In this document: positions 38,566 through 47,479 of the stretch, piece after piece
Layout of the letters: each line of letters opens with the position of its first letter
Position numbering within the stretch: position 1 is the first letter of the stretch
Virus record (IMG/VR): IMGVR_UViG_3300045988_138996
Coordinates: 1-64,000 of that record
Strand: one strand, 5' to 3'
Source of the DNA: a virus
DNA length: 64,000 nucleotides
Position numbers and translations under genes: made by a program
Notes under the pieces: model-generated
Database searches by the model: none
What the model saw: the letters and a program-made list of their open reading frames with translations, nothing else
What the model was told of the DNA's origin: nothing

Positions 38566-40026
38566 ATGTACTTGAGCAAAGAAAAATGTGAAAATTTTAT
38601 AAAAGAAAAATGTTGGAATAAATTAAACGAACTACAATTGCCAAGTGCATATGTCGATCGTTTAAATAAAGAATTAAATATATTAGTTAAACAAGATATG
38701 TGCGAATATATCTATATCGTATACGACTATGTTCAATTCTGTCGTAGAGAAAATATCGCTACTGGATATGGTAGAGGAAGCAGCGTCGGCAGCTTAGTGT
38801 TATATCTATTAGATATTAATAAAGTTGATCCTATTAAATTTGAATTAAGTTTCGAACGATTTAGTGCTGGTCATAATGCCGATATCGATTTGGATGTCGA
38901 TACAGTACGACGTGACGAAGTATTTGAATACATATTAAATAAATACAAAAAATATGCTTATCGACTATATACTGTTAATAAGAATGGCAGCAAACAATTG
39001 CATCCGTCTGGTATCGTAATTGATCTACATAATAATTATGATTATATTATGATAGATGGCATTCGTTGCATTAATAAAGATCAATATAATAATTTGCCTA
39101 AGTTCGATATTTTAAGTTTGCGAAATTTAGGCTTATATCAAAATATTGTTCAAAAATATAATATTAATATTAATTTCGACGATCAAAAAGTATGGGAATA
39201 TATGTGGAATAATCCAGATGATTTGTTCTTATTAGGTGGTGAAGTTAAGAAATATATTAAAGACTTTAAACCTAATAATATTAAAGAGCTATGTAATTTA
39301 TTAGCTCTTGTACGATCGCCTGAAGGTGTCGAAACATATACTGAACGAAGAGATGGTAAATGGTTCAGAAAAAGTCCGTACTATAGTTTTGTTAAAGACA
39401 CTTATGGTATTATTACGTATCAAGAACAATTATTAAATATTATCAGTATATTTTTTAAGTTAGAAGATGCTTATGTTTTAATGAAGGATAAAAATAAAAT
39501 TCATAAACAATTAGTCATTGATATGTCTAAAAAGTATAATTGCAAATGGCTATATCAATTATACGATATGAATAAGTATCTATATAATAAATCTCATGGC
39601 ATTGCATATGCTCATGTAAGCTATATCAATGCATATTTAAAATATTATTATCCTGATGAATTTAAAGAAGATACAGTAGTCGAAGTTCAAAATATATTTA
39701 AATATAAAAAGTTAACGTTAGAATCTAAATTTAAAACCGAAATTGAAAATGAAGAAATTATATGTGGTTTTGATAAGATTAAAGGATTTGGTGAAACTAC
39801 GTACAATGAATTAAAAATTGTTGATAAAAAGAAAATATTAAATTTCATATATAATATGAATAAAAATATTGCGCAACAATTAATTCGCTTAGGCGTGTTT
39901 AACGAAGTATTAGAATTATCATCTGTCGATATTTTTAATATGTATTTAGAAAATAAAGGTATTAAAAACCGAGTTAATTATATCGATCAAGATAAGGAGT
40001 ATGAAAAAATATATGGAATTTGGTAA
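38566..40026 (+). CDS. DnaE-like (Pol III alpha, family C) polymerase core lacking the N-terminal PHP domain
   Basis: GYGRGSSVGSLVLYLLDINKVDP, FERFSAGHNADIDLDVD..RRDEVFEYILNKY, FDILSLRNLG, ITYQEQLLNI, NKSHGIAYA. Confidence 0.7.
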   Translation: MYLSKEKCENFIKEKCWNKLNELQLPSAYVDRLNKELNILVKQDMCEYIYIVYDYVQFCRRENIATGYGRGSSVGSLVLYLLDINKVDPIKFELSFERFSAGHNADIDLDVDTVRRDEVFEYILNKYKKYAYRLYTVNKNGSKQLHPSGIVIDLHNNYDYIMIDGIRCINKDQYNNLPKFDILSLRNLGLYQNIVQKYNININFDDQKVWEYMWNNPDDLFLLGGEVKKYIKDFKPNNIKELCNLLALVRSPEGVETYTERRDGKWFRKSPYYSFVKDTYGIITYQEQLLNIISIFFKLEDAYVLMKDKNKIHKQLVIDMSKKYNCKWLYQLYDMNKYLYNKSHGIAYAHVSYINAYLKYYYPDEFKEDTVVEVQNIFKYKKLTLESKFKTEIENEEIICGFDKIKGFGETTYNELKIVDKKKILNFIYNMNKNIAQQLIRLGVFNEVLELSSVDIFNMYLENKGIKNRVNYIDQDKEYEKIYGIW

Positions 40027-41149
40027 TATTATTGAATTCAATACATTCATTAATCATATTATTAGTGAATTCAAAATTAAAATCTATCATACCGAAGAAG
40101 ATTTTAACGAAGAATATTATATTCTTAATGCTTTATTTAAAGCATTAATGTTATTTGAAATACGAGATTATTATGATATTGATTATGATCAAGAAACTAA
40201 ACAAGCTATCATAAAAGAAATAAATAATATCTTAGATCATGGTGTTACAAGAAGTTTTTATAATGACGGGACGTATTGGCTTCTTAGTAAGATATATAGT
40301 TATCGGCGTCAAGATTTTGAAACGCTTATAAAATTACAAAAAAATTCTGAATTTAATAAAATTAAAACTGAAGCACCAGCTACATTTTATATATTAATAT
40401 TTTCATTATTTCTAAAATCATTATATTCTTTAAAAAAAGATCTTGTTAATAATCATCAAGATGTATTTATTAAAATATTAAGTGATTTCGATAGTTTAAT
40501 TCCTAATAAAATATTTATTAAAACAAATTGTGAAATGAAAAATCCAAAAATTATTTATAATTGTTTGTTAAATATATTATTAGGTATTCCATCTTTTGAT
40601 TATTCATCTGTCTGTAATAATAATTTCTATTTAGGAAATAATTTAAATCAAGCAGATTTTTCACCTAGTGTATTGTCAAATGGCGATATTATTAATCCTA
40701 TATTTATTGATGACAATACTAATAAATCTAGAACATTTTGGTTTGTTAGTAATGAAATGGTTATACAAAATGGAGAACTTATCAATAATCGACCTGGATT
40801 ATGCAATATATATGCAGTAAAAGCAGGAGAAGTTCCTAAATTTAGTTATGTATCAGATGTAGAATCTGATAATAAAAGGAAAGAAATTATTCTTAATGTA
40901 CCGACAAATATAAGAGAAAAATCTAATAAGAAATTATTTAAATCTTTGTTGCCTGTACAAAAGAAATTTATTCCTTTATATTTATTGGAAAAACAATTAG
41001 GCGGCAAAATTAAAGATACATATATCTTTGGTGATATCGTTCGTGGTTCTAAAATTAAATTCGATGGCGATAAAAATATTATTATTCGCGATCGCATCGT
41101 TCCAGAAATTCAATATTTTAATAATACAGGAAAGGGCAAGTTGTATTAA
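40001..41149 (+). CDS. hypothetical protein
   Basis: ORF track; overlaps the dnaE-like 3' end. Confidence 0.45.
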   Translation: MKKYMEFGNIIEFNTFINHIISEFKIKIYHTEEDFNEEYYILNALFKALMLFEIRDYYDIDYDQETKQAIIKEINNILDHGVTRSFYNDGTYWLLSKIYSYRRQDFETLIKLQKNSEFNKIKTEAPATFYILIFSLFLKSLYSLKKDLVNNHQDVFIKILSDFDSLIPNKIFIKTNCEMKNPKIIYNCLLNILLGIPSFDYSSVCNNNFYLGNNLNQADFSPSVLSNGDIINPIFIDDNTNKSRTFWFVSNEMVIQNGELINNRPGLCNIYAVKAGEVPKFSYVSDVESDNKRKEIILNVPTNIREKSNKKLFKSLLPVQKKFIPLYLLEKQLGGKIKDTYIFGDIVRGSKIKFDGDKNIIIRDRIVPEIQYFNNTGKGKLY

Positions 41150-44100
41150 TGGATACTCAATTTAAAATGGAAGATTTACTTGTTGAAAATCCAATGATTG
41201 TAACATTGCTTTTTCAACAGTATCAAGATACGTTTTCAGCATCTTCTAGGATTCATTCTGATTTTAAGACATATGTACTTATCGAAATCAATAACGTAAC
41301 AGTTAAACAAGCTAATGTCGTCGAACATTGTTTTCAATATGCTGGTCAAGATCAATTCCGTAAAGTTTATAACATATTAAATAATAATATGTATAGTGGT
41401 ATTGAGCCATATTTCTTTAACAATAGTCGAGATGCATGGGTCGAATCATTAGAAGAAAGTAATCGTCAATATATTTTTAAAGATCGTTCTTGTTATATGT
41501 TATTTTTAAATCGTTCCGAAATCGGTATGACAATTCCAGAATATAACAACATGGATCAGAAAGATCTATTAAGAAAATATGACGATGAAATTAAGAACTT
41601 TATCTTTGAATACTTAGTCGAATATAAATCTCGACGATATCTCAATACGTTTATTCACAAAGAATTTATCAAAGAATTCTTTAATCATTATTTAAGAACT
41701 TCTGATTCTGAAGTTAGAAAAGTTTTTAATATTAATTCATCTGAAAAATTAGGAATTACTAACATCACTTTACCTAGTGCAGATAAATATGCTCATTTTG
41801 TTAATGATCAGATTAGTAGTATTATTTCGATGTCTAACATTAATTACGAACAACAAGAAACTAAATTATCTGATTATATTTTAGATAATGTTAAAGATCT
41901 TGCTGAATTAATTAATGAAAATTCTGAAATCGTATTTGATCCTAATCATGGCTTAGATCAAGAAGTTAAAGATTTTGGTGACTATTTAAATTACAAACGC
42001 AGTTTTAAATTATTTGACAATCAAAAGAATATTATCAATGCCTTTACTCGCTATTTCAAAAAAGAAAGAGCGGGTTTTTTAATTTCTCAACCAGGTTCTG
42101 GTAAAACTTCGATGGCTATTTCTATTAGTAATCTATGGAAACCTAATAAGAATAAAAACATATTCGTATTATGTCCGCCACATCTTAATAAAAAATGGTC
42201 TATGGACATCAGTGTATTAGCTCAAAATGCTATGGTGTATGAATGCGATAGTGTTCAAGACTATATTAATAAAATTGAACCAGAAATTTCTAAACGTAAC
42301 TGTACTAATTTCATTCTAGTAAATCCTAAGTTATTAAAACACTCATATGGTTATCAATTAGATTGGGATGATACATTCTTATATCATATGTATAATTTAA
42401 GGAAAAAGAATTTATTGTTTGCAGATAAGATATATGCGCCTAATCGTGATCGAGTTACGCGAGATAAACAATATCTTCCATATCATCAATATATTTCGAC
42501 ATATAAAGAAAAGAATGAAGAGCATCCAGATATAAAAACAATATATAGATTTGGTGCAGCTCCTAAAATTATTAAAACTTGTTATGATAGTAATAAAGAA
42601 TTAGATAAACTATTAAGTAAAGCGTTTACAACCTTTAGACATGTTTCATTATATTATAATAATGGTCCAATTCTTGATCGAATAATTAATCAATCTGTTG
42701 GCGAAAAAAAAGTTAATTCTAATTTTGTAAGCCTAGATTGGTATTTACAACGTAAAGGCCGTCATAATGTCGATTTCTTTATTATCGATGAGATGCACTT
42801 ATTCTTAAGTGATTCGATGCAAGGCGAAGGCGCTCAACGTATTGCTAGCTGTGCGAAAAAAGTATTAGGTTTAACCGGTACTGTATTTAATGGTATGGTT
42901 ACAAACCTATTCTTTATGTTAAGAAACTTTTTCCCAGCTAAGCTAAAAGATTTAAAAGGATTTTATTTTAACCGTAATAATCTTGCTGCGTCTAAGACTA
43001 ATTTTAAGAATTATTATGGCAACAAGGAAAAAGTAGCCAGTCCTTATTCTGTCGATGTTAATCGTATGAGACTTGAAGGATCTCGTGTAACCGAAACACT
43101 TAATCAACGTCCAAGTAAAATTAATAGTATTGGATATACATATATAGATCAAGATGGTAATATTCGACAAGACAGTACAGGATTTAATGAATATAAAGTT
43201 AAAGATATTCCTGGTATTAATCCAGAAATCTTTACACAAGTTATGTCATCTTGCTGTATCTTTATGACGATGTCAGATATGTCTAATGAATTACCAGAAA
43301 TTAACGAATCTGTTATTAGCTGTGATTTAGATTCTAATATTAAAGATGCTTATGATAAACTATTGAGCGAGATGAAGGCATCTGATACGCCTAATCTTGT
43401 TAAAGCTCAGAAGATTAATAAAATTGCCGGCTGGTTAGATCACCCTTGTATTATTCCAGACAATCATTTTAATTTTAGAAGTTGTGATGGTAATAATAAT
43501 AAACTAGACGAACTATTAAAAATAGTTAATCATCATGATAATGAATGCATCTTAGTTTATACATATTATGACAAGCATAGTCCAATTAATAATGAAATTC
43601 TTCAAACATTAATTAGTAATGGTATTAAAGCTAATATCTTAACAGATTCTGTAGCACCAGCTAAACGTATCGATTGGTTTAAAAAACAAAAAGATAATGG
43701 CGTTCGCGTAGTTATCGTTAATCCTAAACTAATCGAAACAGGTTTAGATTTGTTAGACTTTACGACTATCGTATTCTATCAGTTGAATTCTAACTTCTTT
43801 ACGATGCGTCAAGCTTCTCGAAGAAGTTATCGATTGAATCAAAAGAATAACGTAAGTTTGTATTATTTATATTATAAAGGTACTGTTCAAGAAAATATTA
43901 TTAGCGTAATGGCTGAACGATTGAAAGCTGTTAAGATATTGGAAGGCGACTTCGAAGACGAAGGTCTCGAAGCTATGACTAATGCTGATAAATCAGATTC
44001 TTCTGATGAGATCTTTAACAAGATGATCACGAATGAAGAATATGTAAACGACGATACTGTACTCGGACTAAATAAGTACGCTCAAAAAATCGAAAAACTT

Positions 44101-44271
44101 GTCGATAATACGACATTTGAAGTTCATAAAGTAAGTTTTGTTAAAAAGCCTATGAACAAAAAGAAGATTGATTTTAAACATGTATATATTAATCTTCAAG
44201 ATAAAGTTACTATGTATAATGTGATGAAAGATCCGAATGAGAAAATTAAATTAGAAATTTCTAACTTTTAA
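41149..44271 (+). CDS. large SF2 (SNF2/DEAD-like) helicase, 1040 aa
   Basis: ISQPGSGKTSMAI (motif I), FFIIDEMHLF (motif II), LTGTVFNG, ETGLDLLDF, RQASRRSYRLNQ (motif VI). Confidence 0.6.
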   Translation: MDTQFKMEDLLVENPMIVTLLFQQYQDTFSASSRIHSDFKTYVLIEINNVTVKQANVVEHCFQYAGQDQFRKVYNILNNNMYSGIEPYFFNNSRDAWVESLEESNRQYIFKDRSCYMLFLNRSEIGMTIPEYNNMDQKDLLRKYDDEIKNFIFEYLVEYKSRRYLNTFIHKEFIKEFFNHYLRTSDSEVRKVFNINSSEKLGITNITLPSADKYAHFVNDQISSIISMSNINYEQQETKLSDYILDNVKDLAELINENSEIVFDPNHGLDQEVKDFGDYLNYKRSFKLFDNQKNIINAFTRYFKKERAGFLISQPGSGKTSMAISISNLWKPNKNKNIFVLCPPHLNKKWSMDISVLAQNAMVYECDSVQDYINKIEPEISKRNCTNFILVNPKLLKHSYGYQLDWDDTFLYHMYNLRKKNLLFADKIYAPNRDRVTRDKQYLPYHQYISTYKEKNEEHPDIKTIYRFGAAPKIIKTCYDSNKELDKLLSKAFTTFRHVSLYYNNGPILDRIINQSVGEKKVNSNFVSLDWYLQRKGRHNVDFFIIDEMHLFLSDSMQGEGAQRIASCAKKVLGLTGTVFNGMVTNLFFMLRNFFPAKLKDLKGFYFNRNNLAASKTNFKNYYGNKEKVASPYSVDVNRMRLEGSRVTETLNQRPSKINSIGYTYIDQDGNIRQDSTGFNEYKVKDIPGINPEIFTQVMSSCCIFMTMSDMSNELPEINESVISCDLDSNIKDAYDKLLSEMKASDTPNLVKAQKINKIAGWLDHPCIIPDNHFNFRSCDGNNNKLDELLKIVNHHDNECILVYTYYDKHSPINNEILQTLISNGIKANILTDSVAPAKRIDWFKKQKDNGVRVVIVNPKLIETGLDLLDFTTIVFYQLNSNFFTMRQASRRSYRLNQKNNVSLYYLYYKGTVQENIISVMAERLKAVKILEGDFEDEGLEAMTNADKSDSSDEIFNKMITNEEYVNDDTVLGLNKYAQKIEKLVDNTTFEVHKVSFVKKPMNKKKIDFKHVYINLQDKVTMYNVMKDPNEKIKLEISNF

Positions 44272-44272
44272 C

Positions 44273-44301
44273 TTGACGGATAAAAAATAATTTAGTACTA
44301 T
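44273..44301 (+). promoter_or_regulatory. sigma-70-type promoter directly after the helicase stop codon, facing the ORF-free block
   Basis: TTGACG (44273-78) - 17 nt - TACTAT (44296-301). Confidence 0.5.
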
Positions 44302-44304
44302 AAT

Positions 44305-44968
44305 AGTAACAGATAGACAACTAAATAGAACCGCACGGATTTGCGGGGTTCGCCTGAACTCAAGGGAAGTCGTTAAGACATATCTTTAGCTTTAGTGAGT
44401 TTGCTAACTATCAACAAGTTGATTACTTGCTTTAGCCGGACCAAGGTGGATTTCTTGTTACTCATGCAATGCATCTGGAGTAGAAAACAAGAAGTTTGGC
44501 CAGCTCATTCAGTAGAATCGGCCCGGTATTACAATTCACGCATTCAAACATCTAGGCTACATTAGAGTAGCTGTATATAGCTAATATAAACGTTCTGTAT
44601 TTAATCGTTTTAGCTTATTACAATAGATGGAGTTGTAATAACGTCAGGGGTTAAGAAGCGTACGAAGACCTCTGCCTAAGGGATAAGTCTGTCCAAAAGA
44701 CAGTATAAGGAACAGGGTATCCTATGGTTAAAAGTACGACGCGGTGGTTTCTAGACTTTAAGTTCATCGAAATCTTAGAGTCAGGTCATTATAAGTTAGC
44801 ATATTTTCCAGGAGAGTACGGTTTAATCCGAAAGGATTGAATGTGAGGGTGATAGATAATCACTAATACCGTATAGAAGACCAAGGTTAGCCGTAAGGTT
44901 AATACAGTCTGAAAGCTTTATTTGAATGTACGAGAAGTTAAGCATACAGAAATGTATGCTATTTTTTA
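44305..44968 (+). ncRNA. candidate large structured ncRNA (~0.65 kb), class unknown
   Basis: No ORF; promoter and terminator on the + strand; local G+C of 42-45% in two hand-counted 60-nt lines; many nested helices and GNRA loops (see findings). Confidence 0.55.
44941..44968 (+). terminator. intrinsic terminator closing the candidate ncRNA
   Basis: AGCATACA-GAAA-TGTATGCT perfect 8-bp stem followed by ATTTTTTATT. Confidence 0.75.
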
Positions 44969-44980
44969 TTACAAAAAATA

Positions 44981-45046
44981 TACTTACTTCGGGGTAGAAG
45001 ACTCTGCCGTCGTAAACGACGGGAGAAGTCTATCAAGAAGTAAGTA
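44981..45046 (+). ncRNA. stand-alone 66-nt extended hairpin element
   Basis: TACTTACTTC (44981-90) pairs with GAAGTAAGTA (45037-46). Inner helices are AGACT/AGTCT and CCGTCG-TAAA-CGACGG. Confidence 0.4.
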
Positions 45047-46257
45047 AAACGTTCTCGTAAAAATTGACAATGTATATATAATTAAAAATTTGATGTTTAT
45101 TCTTTTGCAGCTTTAAACTTAAGCTTGTTGAAAATCACCCTATAAAAGCTAATAAGATGACAACGAATCAAATTTTTAATTCTTTCAAAACTTTGTCTTA
45201 AGTGACGTTGATTCAGAAAGAGTTCTCGCAATGTTTATATAATAAAGCCAACGATGTATAAAACATATGTTCTATGTAGTAGGCCAGGCTGTTAATAATG
45301 ACAATATGCCGGCCGTTACCAATGCTTCATAGTTGATATCTTTTGACTAAGTTGGTTGAAGATCTCTAAGTCATAATATTATTTTTTCAGAAGAAAACGT
45401 ATATAATGGCTTCCCTAGCTCTTTGACAGGTTCAAGTAGCAAGAATCTGGCCACATGGCAAGTAGCTTATTGAGATCGGCTACAGTTGTTACGATTGAGA
45501 ATGTATATATAGTTAATTGCTAAAGTTGGTATAATTATTTAAGATAATTTACATAGTAACGTCATTATACATAAATATTCACACTAAACGATTTTTAACA
45601 CATATTTAGTATAAATATTTTTTTAATGTTCAAAAACCTTTTACGACTCAGATGACGTTACTGATTTACGCACATAATACTAACGATGGCGTTTACGAGA
45701 TATCGTAAAGAGCTTTAATCCTGATAAGATCTATTAAGGAACAATACACTATATCATTATGCGCCCGTTAACAGCATTGATACGGCTTATGGGAATAAAA
45801 TATTTAAATGACATAGTGTAAATATTTCGGTAACGACAGCATTGACAATAGATATATTTTTGTTTTATGTATTTAATTAACACTAACACTAACACTATAA
45901 TACAATTCATCAAAATTAGCTGCTATAACATCTTTTTGTGATTCTTATATTTAACGACATACAATCTATCAACAACTGAAACCGAGTGGCACTCGGGGAT
46001 AGCCTATTGTCAAGAACAAGACGTATTATAAGCTTTTGTTTATGATATGCTTCTAATGAATAGGAACCTCTTAAAGAGGATGCCAGCAACAACTGATCAC
46101 AATACATGTTAGATTAAACTTATTGTTACAGCAGTTAATACATATCTATTGTCGATATGTCGTATGAGTATCTATACCATTAATAGATATTGATCCGACA
46201 TATTGACGTAATATATCTTTACAGTAAATACATATTTAAAGTAAAGGAATATATATC

Positions 46258-46626
46258 ATGCGTGATGCATATAGAATACGACGAGTCATTTGGCCACAAG
46301 ACTTAGTCGTTAGTTCAATTAGTGGCGATCGAATCCATTATCCAGAATTTTATATCGAACACATTAATACTGGCTGTGTGTTATCGATGAAAGAATATCA
46401 AAAGATTCGCAAAGAACAAGTCGAATCAGAATTTGTCGATCCGTATCCAGATCATGACAATACATATATGAATGAATATTATAAAGATATTCGTGAAGAG
46501 ATTGTCGATAAGTTTAATGATTCTCTTGATTGTATGACACGAGAAGACATCGTCGGCAAAGAAGCTATTCCTGGTAAAAAATGGAAAGTTGTCGACGGTG
46601 AACTCGTAGCAGTTGACAATCGATAA
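46258..46626 (+). CDS. hypothetical protein
   Basis: ORF track; AAAGGAA RBS. Confidence 0.45.
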   Translation: MRDAYRIRRVIWPQDLVVSSISGDRIHYPEFYIEHINTGCVLSMKEYQKIRKEQVESEFVDPYPDHDNTYMNEYYKDIREEIVDKFNDSLDCMTREDIVGKEAIPGKKWKVVDGELVAVDNR

Positions 46627-46707
46627 AATGTTCGATATAATAATTATGCCAGTTGTTAAAAGTTAGCAGACAGCTGGTATTGCTCTCTTTGTCTTAAAGC
46701 GAGAATA

Positions 46708-46742
46708 AGCACAACTATTTCCTCCGTAGTTGTGCTTTTCTT
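46708..46742 (+). terminator. intrinsic terminator in the intergenic region
   Basis: 10-bp stem AGCACAACTA/TAGTTGTGCT followed by TTTCTT. Confidence 0.55.
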
Positions 46743-46806
46743 GCATTTATAGGATATTTCATGTATACTATTAATATAAATTATATATTTAATAGGAGCT
46801 ACGCTA

Positions 46807-46917
46807 ATGAAACTAGAAGATGCCTGCGAACACTTAATTAATTTATTATTATTAGCTCGAGATACCGAAGAGTTTAAAGCTGCTTGTGAGTATTTTGATG
46901 TTAAGGCCTCTGAATAA
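46807..46917 (+). CDS. small hypothetical ORF (36 aa)
   Basis: Hand translation MKLEDACEHLINLLLLARDTEEFKAACEYFDVKASE; AGGAG RBS; followed by hairpin AGGCCTCT..GAGGTCT plus a T tract. Confidence 0.3.
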   Translation: MKLEDACEHLINLLLLARDTEEFKAACEYFDVKASE

Positions 46918-46949
46918 GAGGTCTTTTCTTTTGGAAGGATTTGATACAC

Positions 46950-47477
46950 ATGAAGTATATTGTTAAGAATACGATCGATTCTGTAGCATGTTATATTCTT
47001 CGTAATGATATGACATGTACACCACAGAAATTACGATATTTATTATATTTAATTTATTCTGATTATTTAAGCGTATACAATGATATTGTCGATACGATGG
47101 GTCGACCATTTTATGCTAAAGATTATGAATGTAATTTATTATTCGACGGACAGTTTATTGCCGACGTTAAAGGTCCTAAAGTTGTTGTCGATCAATATGC
47201 GACCGAAGAAGAAATATATGATTTAGGCGCTTATATCGACGATGATTTAGAAGATCTTATCGATAAAGATTCGCTTAAGTTTTTAGAAGCGTCTCTAAAT
47301 CAATATAAAGGATATAATACTCGCTTTCTCAAGATGTTGGCTAAGCAATCTTATGACTATCAAGAAACATATAAACATTGTGAGTCTGAAGATAAAGTAA
47401 TTCCGATCGACGTTATGTTTACTGCTAATTTATTAGCTGATTCTGTTAGCTCTTGCTTTAAAACTAAGAGGATGTAA
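46950..47477 (+). CDS. hypothetical protein
   Basis: ORF track 46941..47477; ATG 46950 follows GGAAGGA. Confidence 0.45.
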   Translation: MKYIVKNTIDSVACYILRNDMTCTPQKLRYLLYLIYSDYLSVYNDIVDTMGRPFYAKDYECNLLFDGQFIADVKGPKVVVDQYATEEEIYDLGAYIDDDLEDLIDKDSLKFLEASLNQYKGYNTRFLKMLAKQSYDYQETYKHCESEDKVIPIDVMFTANLLADSVSSCFKTKRM

Positions 47478-47479
47478 TT

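Noticed and set aside
44305-44968. Known housekeeping or large RNAs as the identity of the big ncRNA: RNase P RNA, tmRNA, 6S RNA, group II intron, rRNA fragment
   Set aside because: I found no GAGGAAAGTCC-type RNase P core, no tRNA-like 3' end with an in-frame tag ORF, no GUGYG 5' end or domain-V-like hairpin, and no flanking split gene. Size and shape do not fit 6S. This rests on eye inspection only, so a covariance-model scan is still needed.
45879-45896. (AACACT)x3 tandem repeat; considered as a CRISPR-like or iteron array
   Set aside because: It has only three 6-nt units with no spacers, so it is far too short for CRISPR. It is mentioned only as part of the AT-rich block.
45916-46107. 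63-aa minus-strand ORF, the only track ORF in the 2-kb non-coding block
   Set aside because: It has no Shine-Dalgarno, sits isolated on the strand opposite to all neighbours, and spans two hairpins. It was kept in mind only as a test that could refute the non-coding interpretation.
46656-46949. 97-aa minus-strand ORF
   Set aside because: It runs through two + strand terminator hairpins and a small + strand ORF that has a good RBS. Judged spurious.
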